Of a stretch of 64,000 nt of DNA, positions 30,817 through 43,789 are shown in pieces. Position numbers and translations under genes: made by a program. Origin of the DNA: Eledone cirrhosa (Eukaryota); NCBI GenBank assembly GCA_964016885.1, contig OZ024742.1:211482001-211546000 (forward strand). Direction: 5' to 3'. Under the pieces are notes generated by a model. The model was not told the DNA's origin and did no database searches. It saw only the letters and a program-made list of their open reading frames with translations. Numbering within the stretch: the first letter of the stretch is position 1; the number at the start of each line of letters is the position of its first letter.

Positions 30817-32741
30817 CTTAGGGTAAATATTGATGCAATTCAATTCAAGCACTCAACGTACTTTTTCCATAGGAGTGACGGAGTAAATATCGAATAAGTA
30901 AAAGCGAAGTAGTTTCAGATGTTCAAGTCCTTTAATAATAATGCTGTGATATATATTTCAATGACGACACTGGCCACACTGTTCTGTGTGCGACAGACAG
31001 CTTATTACATAATAAGGTTATGTTTCTGAGGCAATCCAAATTGAATCGACATGGGAACGGACGAAGTGTGTGCTTTTGGGTTCTTCATCCGTTCCCCCGT
31101 GAGTACCAATTCACCCCCACCGGTATGCGCAGGCGCATGCCCGAAGGAAGTTGACCATTAGCTACCGCAGATTTCAATGAAATTCGCTTAGTCAGTTCAC
31201 CCTCTCAGCCAAACCATGACCCATTCAGGCCTGTACCATAGTTTACTGCTAACCATCCCGTCTGTGGCAGTCAGCCGAAAGCCAGAGGGGATGGGAGAGT
31301 GTTAGTTTTTACAGGTCACAATACTACCTCTCACCAAGCATGGACAGTACAACTGACCATCAACCCCTAAGAGAAAATATACTTAATTCTAGGTATCATG
31401 GTTTTACATTGGAAGTTATGAGTGAGAGTTGGAAACAAAAATTAAAATTTTAAATCGAAAATCCTAAATCAAATATCAGAAATGATAAATTAAAAAATTA
31501 AAAAATTAACAATTAGAAATTAAAAAATGTTTCAAGTGAGAATCCCGATTGAGGTGAGTAAAAAAACATATAGATTGAAGTGAGTAAATAATATGCAGAG
31601 AGATATTTAAGTAAGAAGTTCTGAAAGGGGTCCTAATGTCACAGTTACACTATCCACATATTGAACGATAGTGCCGTACATTAGAACGGAGGGTAAACTA
31701 CAGTATTAAAGGCAGTAGTCAATCTGGTACACAGTCATAATTTCCATCACATGGAACAAAACCCCCCCAAAAAACCGATATAAAGTACACAAAAGAAAAG
31801 AACCAATAATGAATAAATGCAAAAACACAGAGTCCATATATGCAAAATGATCCATATGATTGTCAATTTGTCCATGTATAGATTGAATTGAGGGGGCTTC
31901 TGTTCAAATGCGATTTGGTGCAGGAAAATAGGGGTTTATCTTAGTTTTTGTTTCCGCGTATTTATCCTGCCGAAATTTATTATTATGTCCGTCCAGTGTC
32001 AGGGGTTTCCATCCCCCATGGTAGAGGGAATTTCCTGGTGTAGCTCGTGGTTGGTTCCTCTCTTCTCCACCATATCGGTTACATCATAGAGCGCTCAACT
32101 AATTGGAGCTAAATTCTTAGGGTAAATATTGATGCAATTCAATTCAAGCACTCAACGTACTTTTTCCATAGGAGTGACGGAGTAAATATCGAATAAGGAA
32201 AACGAAGTAGTTTCAGATGTTCAAGTTTTTTAATAATAATTGTTTCTACTTTAGGCACAAGGCCAGAAATTACCCAGTGCATTACTGGTACTTTATTTTA
32301 TCGACCCCGTAAGGATGAAAGGCAAAGTTAACCTCGGCGGGATTTGAACTCAGATTGTAAAGGGACGTAACATGCTGGAAAGCATGTCCGACCCTCTACC
32401 GATACTGCCAATTCACCGCCCTTTTAAGTCTTTTAATAATAATGCTGTGATATATATTTCAATGACGACACTGGCCACACTGTTCTGTGTGCGAGTGTCT
32501 CGACATCGTCAGACAGCTTGTTACATAATAAGGTTATGTTTCCGAGGCAATCCAAATTGAATCGACATGGGAACGGATGAAGTGTGTGCTTTTGGGTTCT
32601 TCATCCGTTCCCCCGTGAGTACCAATTCACCCCCACCGGACTGCGCAGGCGCATATCCGAAGGTGTCGTCATTGAAATATATATCACAGCATTATTATTA
32701 AAAGACTTGAACATCTGAAACTACTTCGCTTTTCCTTATTC
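30817..32741 (-). mobile_element. Non-coding element: two ~330-bp direct repeats around a ~970-bp AT-rich core plus an inverted terminal fragment
   Basis: Repeats 30817-31147 and 32116-32663 (the latter with a SINE at ~32233-32421); inverted piece 32663-32741; both ends in (TA)n; HHR in the repeat. Confidence 0.75.
32444..32517 (-). ncRNA. Type I hammerhead with extended stem II
   Basis: gctgt-CTGACGA-tgtcgagacact-cg-cacac-agaaca-gtgtg-gcc-agtgtcgtcatt-GAAA-tatata-TC-acagc. Confidence 0.7.
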
Positions 32742-32776
<35 letters not shown>

Positions 32777-32833
32777 ATATATATGTGTGTGTGTATATAT
32801 AAATGTGTGTGTGTATGTATATGTCTGTGTATA

Positions 32834-32874
<41 letters not shown>

Positions 32875-32879
<5 letters not shown>

Positions 32880-33199
32880 ACTGGTTGGTTGTTTGTTCTA
32901 TGTGTGTGTGTGTGTTTTCATTTTCAAAATGAAAACACACACCCACAGAACAAACAACCAACCAGTAACATGTAAATAAACAAATAAAAACACACACAGA
33001 CACCCGGATGTAACACATGCGCAAACTAAGCACAAAACAAGATGGCGTATGACAGAACAAAGGAGAGGCACAAAACAAAGAAAAGAATCCCCAGTCACTG
33101 AAGAGGTCACAGAATGTGTGACCAAAGAACTTTGACAATATATGAACGATCGTCCGGTTGTGGAACCAACCAACCAACCGGAAATTTATAAATTCTTAG

Positions 33200-33200
<1 letters not shown>
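32875..33200 (+). mobile_element. pLTR fragment of the Neptune-like family with degenerate HHR (33094-33136); related piece at 29377-29600
   Basis: gtca-CTGAAGA-ggtcaca-gaatg-tgtgac-cAAA-gaac-TT-tgac; local inverted repeat 32875-32970. Confidence 0.6.
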
Positions 33201-33244
<44 letters not shown>

Positions 33245-33245
<1 letters not shown>

Positions 33246-34915
33246 GCGGCATATTATAATAAGGCTTTTTCTGAATCTGGTTATGAACAGTCCATTTACT
33301 ACATACCTAAATGCCATAACACAGCACTTCACCACAACCATAATAAACTTAACATTAGAACTAGAAATACTTTAGCATATAGCCAGATTCGCCGGAATTT
33401 TAGCAGTAACAGCACCTACACAGGGAAATTTAATAGTGGCAGTGACTTGCTTCCCACTCCAAGTAGCAGACTCAGAATCAACCCTAGAATAGGAATGAGC
33501 AATGGGATAACAAATAACAAATGCCCAGGTAATAATAACCCTATGAAGGCCCCTGCTAACTCCACTAGAACCCCTAGAAGGAATAGGCCTAGAAATATCA
33601 CCTGGCTTAACCCCCCATAATCATCTAACTTAGCCACTAATATCCCTAAACGCTTCTTCTCTATCCTATTTAAACATTTTCCCCCAACCAGTGATATTAC
33701 AAACTCTTTAATAAAAACATTAAAATCTCATTCTCCACAACACCTAACCTAGCTAGCCACATCGCATTCAGTAACCATCATAAACTAAGACAGTATAACT
33801 CCCACACTGCGGTACCACCCCACCCCCCTCAAATACACCACGCCACTACACCAATACTTACTCTAGTAGCATACCTCCCCCATCCAATTCTTCTAGCACG
33901 CACCAACTGCATAGTTTAAAAAACCCTACTCTCCCTAACCGCAGCAATAATTGCAACTGCCGTTACCCTAATGCATGCCCACTAAATGGACAATGCCTTA
34001 CACCCAATATAGTTTATAGGGGCACAGTTAAAACAGCATCGCATACCAGTTCCTATATTGGCTCTACCTCTAACCCTTTTAATGTACGCTATAACGTGCA
34101 CTCTTTCCTTCCGAGACCCTAGCAATAGATGTTCGACATCTCTAGCTAGGCTCATTAAAACCCTTAAATTAACCAACATTGAACACTCACTCACATGGGA
34201 TATCTTGGCTAGAGCCCAACCGTTCAATGGACGAAGAAACTCTTGTGATCTCTGTCTTACCGAAGCCTATTACATAACTCTATCACGACCTCTACCGATT
34301 AATGATAGAACGGAGGTAACTATTAGCTGTCAACATCGAAGGGCTAATTCCTTCGCCAACAGAATATTTGACCCAACATAGTCATCTAATCCCACTTTTT
34401 CTTATAGCTAACATGTTAAATAGTTATAGCTAACTTAGATAATTATAAGTTACCTCCCTTACATTGTCTCTCACTTAAACTCATTAGCACTTCTTAACTA
34501 TAAACCACCTACAATTTCTCGAGGAGTTACTTCCCCTGAAACCAGCCTCTAATTAGTAAAATAAATATGTCCTTTGGTGGCCATCTTGTTACCCATAGGC
34601 AGATCTCGCATAACGCAGCCTCAACAGAAGAATATTGCTCGCCTATGGCAGACAATAGATATACCCAGGACACCATAGTGAAATACCAATATATGGAACA
34701 TTACATTCATGTAACCATCTTTCTTTATCTTAATTTATATTCCTTTTGAAGTTCCGATGAACTGCTCCAATTTTACCTAAGTTAATTATCTTCAACTGAA
34801 CCAGATCAATAATGATCTATAATCATTTGATCCAGAAACATTATATGGAGTAGCGAAACAATTGTAAACGGACATTGTTAGTATTATTATTATTATTCTT
34901 TACATTCCTTACATT
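33245..34915 (+). mobile_element. 5'-truncated Penelope-like element (thumb/linker, GIY-YIG, HHR)
   Basis: RNITWLNPP..KHFPP..CNCRYPNACPLNGQCLTPNIVY..YIGSTS..WDILARA..CDLCLTEAYYI..INDRTEVTISCQH. Confidence 0.88.
34751..34869 (+). ncRNA. Type I hammerhead (U4C) with 76-nt loop-2 insertion
   Basis: gtt-CCGATGA-a-ctgctcca[76 nt]tggagtag-c-GAAA-caattg-TA-aac; lies at the pLTR position of the PLE. Confidence 0.65.
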
Positions 34916-34988
34916 AAACTACAACTATTTGAGAATCTTTAAATAATGTCTTCCTTGTGAAATTTGTGGTCTTGTTTTGCTTAAATAA

Positions 34989-35028
<40 letters not shown>

Positions 35029-35056
35029 GAAATAGAATTTGCTTCGAAATCACTAG

Positions 35057-35149
35057 ACGTATCTGAGGAACTTGCGAATCCAGAGTCAGGTTTGATCCAC
35101 AAACAGATCGCACCTCGAGCTGTTTGCCGGAGAAAAAATTGTAATACGT
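35057..35149 (+). ncRNA. Type I hammerhead with 42-nt loop 2 (slightly decayed)
   Basis: acgtat-CTGAGGA-a-cttgcgaat[42]gtttgccgg-a-GAAA-aaattg-TA-atacgt. Confidence 0.65.
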
Positions 35150-35237
35150 AATAAATTGTGATCCGATGCATCACTGTATCTTCGTTTTCCATTTTATATA
35201 TGTATGTGTAATATATATATATATATATATATATACA

Positions 35238-35303
<66 letters not shown>

Positions 35304-35419
35304 AAATATTTCGTATCTCCAAAGAAATACGGTTTCAGGAAGCCGTAGCTATGCAAACACCGGGAGGAGGGAGGGGGATGACGCCCTCTGGTGATGTCCA
35401 GCAGAAGCAAGGGGGACAA

Positions 35420-35461
35420 CCGTCTATGCATTTCAGGCTTAACCTGCCTTCGTCAGGACGG
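35420..35461 (-). ncRNA. Minimal type I hammerhead downstream of octamer+TATA
   Basis: ccgtc-CTGACGA-aggc-aggttaa-gcct-GAAA-tgca-TA-gacgg. Confidence 0.85.
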
Positions 35462-35506
35462 TCGCTCTCACCGCTTGCGACTGCTGGACTAGAAGACAGG
35501 CGAGAA

Positions 35507-35555
35507 TATATACTTTTCTCGTCTGTGTAAATGAGGTGATTAATCTCATTTGCAT
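35507..35555 (-). promoter_or_regulatory. Putative octamer + TATA promoter
   Basis: Minus strand ATGCAAAT, 35 nt, TATATA preceded by aaaag. Confidence 0.5.
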
Positions 35556-36823
35556 ATGAAGCTGCATAAGTTGGCTCAACTTATAATAAAAAAAGAAATA
35601 GGATTTCGCTTCAAGCATAGCTTGATGTTACGAAATATTTATACATATTGTATAAAGCTACCCTTCTTTCTTTCTTTTATTGCTTAATTCCCTTTTCCTT
35701 ATTTTCTTTACTCTTTTTTTTTAGCTCCTGTATTGAAATAACATATTTTACTCTGTTATTGTAATACATTTTATGTCCTATTTCATCATGGTGTTTGTGA
35801 TAGAGGAATGTGTTTCATACAATGGTATTGTTATTCCCTATATAGATATACAATATATTGTAAAAGATCTACCAACTATAAACAAAATCTGTGAGTACAT
35901 AGAGATTACAAAAAGATTCAACAGAAATTTCTTGCGGCTTTACGACTTCCTTCCTTTTCCATTTATTCTTTTTAATGCTTACTTTCCCTCCTGCTGACCT
36001 CCCTATTTTTAATCTTTATATTCACTTATCTCTGTTATGGTTTACTAGCTCTATACGGACGTTTAAATTGATTAAATAAATATATAAAGACAACAGTGGT
36101 TGTTGTTATGCAATTTATTACAGAGATGGTGGCGATGGAGGAAGTGGTGCTTCATACAATTGTGGTGGTGGAAATGCTATTTAATATAGTAATTATAGTG
36201 GCGGCGGAAATGATATTTAATACGGTGGTAGTGGTAAGAGAAAATAGTATTTAATACAGCAGTGGTAGTAGTTGTAGTACTGATTACAGAAAGAGGTGCT
36301 GTGGTGGGGGATTTGACATTTAGTACAGTGGTGGTGGTGGTGATCATGAAAAAGAGAGACGGGATTTAATACATAGCTGGTGGAGGAGGTGGCGGATTTG
36401 AACACTGCTAGTGGTAGTAGATACAGGAATAGTCCTGTTGGTGGTTATATTTGAATGAATAGGCATTGAATAAGGCTGCTGTTAAATGTGATAATGGTGG
36501 TAATGTTGTTTAACCTAAGATCAACTCCGATAGAATAGATTTATGATCAAAAACATTCCAGCCGTGACCATCCAATCTATATGTTATTATATGGCACACT
36601 ACATATAGCTACACTATCCAACGTCTCATTCCTTTTTTTTATGAGGATAGGGTGTAACCTGAAGATTTCATTGCTATTTCTAACAAGTCAAGCCATGATT
36701 GATCAAACATATATATGACCCAAGCCTTTCCACTCGTGACCATAGTCTCTTTTCCCCCCAGAAAAATATCCTGTATGGCCTACTTCGTTTATCGGCAGGT
36801 TATGATTTGGATAAGAATGTTAA

Positions 36824-36834
36824 TGGTGATGGTG

Positions 36835-36925
<91 letters not shown>

Positions 36926-36992
36926 CGTTAGTAGTAGTGGTAGTAGCAGTAGTAGTAGTAGTAACAGCAGTAGTAGTAGTGGTAGTAGTGGT
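36824..36992. repeat. (GGT)/(AGT)n microsatellite; similar arrays at 37551-37622 and 43102-43227
   Basis: Direct reading. Confidence 0.95.
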
Positions 36993-37577
36993 GAAGGTCA
37001 TGTTAACCATAATGTTGGCATGAGTGTTAATATTGGTGTCGTTATCGAGTCTGGAGGTAGGGTGGTAGTTTTATTATAATTCGTCGCCCTTGTTGGTAAT
37101 AATAAAGAAGTATGTCCCCATACTTGTGACCAATAGTAACGAAAATGGAAAAAGTGAATGAGTCTACCTTCAACTAGTGCTTGTAGGTCGGACAGTGGCA
37201 GTTGCGAGAGGACACACGCCCTTGGTTGTCAAGGTGATTGTGGCTCAGTGTGCTCCCTAAATTAACCTTAGGTATTCAGTTCTCTGCACCAGGAAAACTG
37301 AATTGAATGCTTTAAACTATGTATACTTAACTCGTATACTTGTATATATTACCCATTTTCTCTTTCTATGTACACCTCCAACTTAATGTTCTAACTTGTC
37401 TTTATGTCTTCTTCATCCGATGCCCTTGTGGCAAATAAAAGAAACCATTATATACACGAAAAAAAACCCCCCACACTGTATCGTCCTATACCGTCTTTAA
37501 TGTCTCCTTAATGTGAGCCCTGTGTAGCTAATAAAGAAAGCATTGGGTTGATAGTAGTAGTAGTAGTAGTAGTAGTT

Positions 37578-37622
<45 letters not shown>

Positions 37623-37761
37623 AAACAAATGGCAGTGTTTATTACGTTGGAAAGCGACTGAGCAAATTTTACACACACACGCGCACACATATACACACGT
37701 GCGTACATACACACATATTTATGAATGTGTGTCTATGTCGATGCCCTTGTGGCAAATCAAA

Positions 37762-37945
37762 TTGGCAGTATCGGTAGAGGGTCGGACGCCATGCTTTTCA
37801 GCATAGAGTTACGGCCCTTTACGGTCTGATTTCAGATCCCGCTGAGGTTAACTTTGCCTTTTATCTTTACGGGGTCGATAAAATAAAGCATTAGTAATGC
37901 ATTGGGGGCTGGCCTTGTGCCAAAAGTAGAAACAATTATTATTAT
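37762..37945 (+). mobile_element. tRNA-derived SINE; partial copies also at 38236-38342 and 51335-51465
   Basis: tggcagtatcggtagag (A-box-like)..gatcccgctgaggttaactttgcctt..ggggtcgataaaataaag..agtagaaacaattattatt. Confidence 0.8.
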
Positions 37946-38383
37946 AGCGGTAGGAGAGAGATAGATAGAAGGAAAAGGGAAGCATAAAATTATTTTTCTA
38001 CTATATTAGAACAAAAAATATAACATTCTATTTTTCGGAACGGATATTTTACCCAAAACTGTCTCACTCACACTTCATTATAACTTTCAGTCTTCATCTC
38101 ATTTCTGAAATTCGTCTTTTTTACTCTAGGTGTGGTCGGAGAGGGGATATTTTCATTCATGGAATATTCTGTGATGTATCGTGTCAAATGTTGTGAAAGT
38201 CATTGAGAAATGGCCATGTTGATTCAAGACTAAACAATCCCGCCGAGGTTAACTGTACCTTTCATCCTTACGGGGTCGATAAAATAAAGTACCAGTAATG
38301 TACTGAAATAATTGCTTATGCCAAAAGTAGAAACAATTATTTAGATACATCTACGCCACACGCACACACATATACACACGAAC

Positions 38384-38487
<104 letters not shown>

Positions 38488-38632
38488 AAATGATCATAAT
38501 ATAATAAACCTTTTAAGGAATTACACCAGTCTAGCCCCCTATTATTTTATTATATATATATATATATATATATATGTGTATACTTGGGGAGGGTCATATT
38601 TGTGTAATATTGCCAGAATTAATAACAAAATA

Positions 38633-38665
<33 letters not shown>

Positions 38666-38779
38666 GTTAATGTATATATATATGTATATTAATAACAAAA
38701 TATATATGTGTATATATATATATGTATATATATTGTAAAACTCATTCTTTGATTTATTCATTGAACCTTCTTTAACCTT

Positions 38780-38867
<88 letters not shown>

Positions 38868-38906
38868 ATATTAACAAATGGAAACTATATTTATAAAACC
38901 ATATTT

Positions 38907-38970
38907 ATTTCATTATACATATTTCAAGGGCCACCAAAGCAAACTATGGTGCGTTTTCATCAGATAAAAT
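38907..38970 (-). ncRNA. Hammerhead motif within a ~70-bp-arm inverted repeat (38863-39124)
   Basis: attttat-CTGATGA-aaacgcacca..tggtggccctt-GAAA-tatgta-TA-atgaaat; related to 5612-5676; base of stem II decayed. Confidence 0.55.
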
Positions 38971-39210
38971 ATAATATAGGTTAGTTTTATAAATAAATAT
39001 TGACATACCCTTAAAAAATGCAACCATTCTGGTTGGAATCTCCTGCTTTCGTGGCCCTTGAAATATGTATAATGAAATAAATATGGTTTTATAAATATAG
39101 TTTCCATTTGTTAATATATTGTATATTTACTCCAATAATTTGTTGAGTGCTTTATATCTGTTATAAAAATATTTAGCTTGTTGTATCCCAACAAATTAAA
39201 TATAACCTCT

Positions 39211-39307
<97 letters not shown>

Positions 39308-39765
39308 ATGTTAATTCAACGTTTCATTTGGGGTTTTGCCTGAACGAAAAATTAACATTCATATAATATATAAAATATTTTATAATATATGAAAGATTTA
39401 TTATATTTGATATGTATCAAACATTTTTTTAAACGTGATCTTTTTTTGATATCTTTTTTAACTAAGAGCATCTGAAATATGTAGACGCGCACACACACGC
39501 GTACACATATATTATTGCATATGTGCGCACACGTATACAATAATGCCGTCGAAACGGCTTGAGCTCTGCCGTCGGGGTCAAACATTTTCCTATTACCCAC
39601 TCTACTACTCTAACTATTGAGTACTCTGGTGCGTTATGGTCCATCTGGTTCCTTACCACTCTTCCATCGTTATATATATATATACCACCACCCCACTCTC
39701 AAGAGCGTGAAATTAATAAACATTTGTTTGTACTGCCTCTCTGTTTTGTTCCCGTTCAATTTTTC

Positions 39766-39834
<69 letters not shown>

Positions 39835-40406
39835 TATATATTAAAAGACATATATGTCTTACGGTGAAGGAAAATGGTAAATTATATAAATATATAGTGT
39901 GTGTATAAGATGGCTACGCGCGATTTTCAGGCGACAAATAACAATCTTTTGTCTACTATAAGTTCCGTGTACCAGTTTCGAACGAATAAATAAACCCTTC
40001 TACAAGTTTTTAGTACTTTCTGTGCACCCAAACGTATATAAGAATACACACACACAAGTTTTTAAATATAAAAACAACATTAATTGAACAATTGCATTTC
40101 TTACAACATAGCTATGATGTTTCAGCAAAGTGCGTTGGTTGGCTAAGCTTCTATAAATATTGAGTTTTACCTCCCTTGTGGACTACCAGGATCATTAGAT
40201 CTATCTATCTATTGGGGCATTAAAGAACGGACAAAAGCTGATCGGCTGTCTCCTAGGATTCATCATAGATTTTGATGCTTTAGTGATCCATTTTTTTGTT
40301 ATTACAAATAGTTTATTTGCGACGAAGTGACGGTAATTTGCATATATAAATATAAGTGTGAACCTAATACCTTTTGTAATTGTATTCCTGTGTTGTTAGT
40401 TACTTT

Positions 40407-40511
<105 letters not shown>

Positions 40512-40598
40512 AAAAAGTATTACCTACTCTACTACCCTAAGTATTGAGTATTCTGGTGCGTTATGGTTCATCTGGTTCCTTATCACAACTCCTCCGTT

Positions 40599-40667
<69 letters not shown>

Positions 40668-42364
40668 AGTAAAAGTTAAGTGGAAATATCCAAGAGTAAG
40701 AGCACTCAGTCCATAGGACGAGTTTATATATATAGTTTGACTTAGCTTCGCACTACCGGCGGTTTCAAGACGAAAACACCCCTTTCTCTCTCCCCCTCTG
40801 TATGATTATGCCTAGAAATTTTATCTTTACATGGATATTTGTGGCGACTTAAAAAAATAAATACTAAAATTATATCATACAAGTATGATACGGAGGGTTG
40901 CGTGCATACTAATGATGGCGACGAGTGACTGTGGTCGTTTGTTCATACGTGGCGACGATGGTAGTAAACAGTCGTTAATTTTGGAGATTACTATTTTTTG
41001 TGTTTAGCGAGTGGTTTATATACGTTATCTAATATATCTTGCTATGTTTTTGTTTAGCTCACAAATCGGCATTTCGGCTGTGATCATGTCTTTTTTTTTT
41101 TCTTCTTCGTTTAGTTAATGTGTATCTTGGACAACTTTATCCAATATGTTCCTCTTTTTATAAGTCGGTAAGATTTTATGTGAGGGCGATTTGACTTCTA
41201 TTTCTAGTAGGTCGTATGACCGCGTAAAAGCGCTTTCGGCGGCTTATACCGTTCGAAGTGACTGACGATAACAACAAATATGGTGCAATGATTTGAATTA
41301 ATGTTTGGAGAAAAATCAACACAACATAGAGAACAATAGTAAATTATGTTTGGCGTTATACAGAATGGCTAATGATTTGTTATTTTGTTGCTTCTCGTGG
41401 ATGAGAAAATTATGGGAAAGATGGCGGAAATGGCGAAGCTGGAGGAAACGATATTGAATAGTGGTGATGGACGAAATACTGTTGTCTAGTTCTAGATCAA
41501 CAGTGATTAAGAAAACGTGATTAAAAGCTTTCCAGCCGTAACCATCCCCCTTTTCCTATATCTAAAGATCACAGTATCCCATTATCCATCGTGTCTTTCT
41601 TTAAAACGGTAGGGTGAAATTTGGCTGCTAGTTCTAGCAGGTGGAGCAACCACGTAGAGGCCTCCGCGTTATTGTTTTGTTTCTCGTGGATGAACGAGAA
41701 AATATGGGGATAATGGCGGTATTGGAGGAAACACTAATATATTGGTGGTAGTGTATGAAGAGTTATGCGTTCTTGTCATGCCCATCCCATCATTTTGTAT
41801 ATTGTGCAATGTATAATCGAATATTGTCAGTTACAAAACTAAGAAGGCCACAATTCAACAAAGTACTCAATATATTAAATATGCAGAGTTAATATATATA
41901 TTTGATTTGAGTATTCACTGTACGAATAAGCACATTCGTTTCAGTCCACTCCCAGGAACTGACGACGTTTCGAGAAAGAACTGAAACGGATGTGCTTACA
42001 TATAAAGTAAATAAATACTAAGAGAAAAATATATATTGCACAATGTAGTTGTTTTTTTTATTTAGTCCAAGATCAAGCAATGTCTCTCCCATTCTTTCAT
42101 GCATTGTGTATCTAGGACTACATTATCTAATATGTTTTTTCTTTTTTAAGACGGTCAGATGTGATTTGAAGGAGATTTTGCTGGTATTTCTATCAGATCC
42201 AGCGATCATGAAGCGGTCTCGCTGCCTCGGACGATGAAATGTTATTTAATACAAATGTGGCAGTGGTGATAGTATAGAATTTAGTGTTGGTGGTTGGAAA
42301 TGATACAGATGTAGAACTTAGTAGAATGATGGTGGTGGAGGAAGTATTTCATAGATTGCTAATG

Positions 42365-42401
<37 letters not shown>

Positions 42402-42502
42402 CAGGGTGTCCCCCAAAAATGTATACACACTTCAACAGAATTCTAATAAATATTGCCTGTACAGGTAATCAAAGTGTGTATACATTTTTGGGGGACACCC
42501 TG
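42402..42502. mobile_element. Tc1/mariner-type MITE (101 bp)
   Basis: 31-bp perfect TIRs cagggtgtcccccaaaaatgtatacacactt; TA on the left flank. Confidence 0.85.
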
Positions 42503-43180
42503 AATTATATATATACATTTTATTAAGGTTAAATAGTGAGTCGTGTTACTCTGGAGATTTGCCTGATTATCACTGGGTCATCAAACAAGTTCTGCGATGA
42601 ACAGGTAAAACTCGTAACAAGACTCACTATTTAGTCTTAATAAAATTAATATTAAAACTCTACTTCGGTATTGAGTACTCTTTTCTCCCAGGTGTCAACC
42701 ACATATGGATGTATGTATGTATGCATGTATGTATAAATGCATGCATGTTTATATGTACGTACGTAAGTACATATGTATGTGTGGGTTTTCATTTAATTCA
42801 ATAGAGTTAAATATTTCTAAAGATGGCAGTTACTTCGAAATTTCGCTAATTACTTCTTTTCAAATTGTCATATATTTTCAATGTGTGGCTTGATTTCATT
42901 TACGTGTGCCTCTTTGCTATCATTTAAAATCTGGTTTTACGCATTTTTATCGCGCCCTGTCGCTAATCGCTTTTCACACAAAACAAAAAATGTAGTTGTT
43001 TTAATATATTTATTCACATAATCAATTTACACATACGTACTTATACAATATACGAAAAGACGGGATGGTCACGACTAGAACACATAACGGTTGATCTAAG
43101 ACACTACTACTACTACTGCTACTGCTACTACTACTACTGCTACTACTACAACTACTACTACTACTACTGATGCTACTACA

Positions 43181-43226
<46 letters not shown>

Positions 43227-43789
43227 GTTTCCTCCAATACCGCCATCATTTCCATTATTTTCTCGTTCCTCCACGAGAAACAAAACAATAACGCGAGAGT
43301 CTCTAGATGGTTACTCTACTTGCTAGAACTAGTAGCCAAATCACACCTACCCACACATATATACATTTATCCTGGTTTCCGTTATAGAACGGGAGATGAC
43401 TGATTGTACTCTTAAGTTAGGCAGGTACTAAAAAATGAAGGATAATTTGAAAAAGGGGTATCATCATCGTCATCGATTAACATCTATCTTCTACGCCCGC
43501 ATATGTTAGACGGGTTTGTCCCATTTAGAGGCAAGTTGGGTTGGGTGACAGTGTCTCGCTCATATAGAAGTGTTTCTGGCTGATTTTCTATGGCTGGATG
43601 CCCTTCCTAACGCCAACCACATTGACAGTGTGTGCTGGGTGCTTTTTGCCATGTCTTTTACACGTCCACTTCACAGTGTGGGCTGGGTGATTTTTATCGT
43701 GACACCTACACGATCACTTTACAGTGTGGGCTGGGTGTTATATACATATATAAACACATAGTCTATATATACATATTTGTGTATATACG

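Noticed and set aside
36699-37079. Poly-Ser/Val/Thr ORFs
   Set aside because: (AGT)n microsatellite.
38130-38206. Possible exon after ttttttactctag
   Set aside because: Frames close quickly and no convincing donor site or recognisable peptide.
41959-41998. ctgacga..gaaa motif
   Set aside because: Stem I does not pair and the triplet is GUG; at most a dead relic. Similarly decayed motifs at 11944, 29460, 42545, 49754 and 50058 were not listed as ribozymes.
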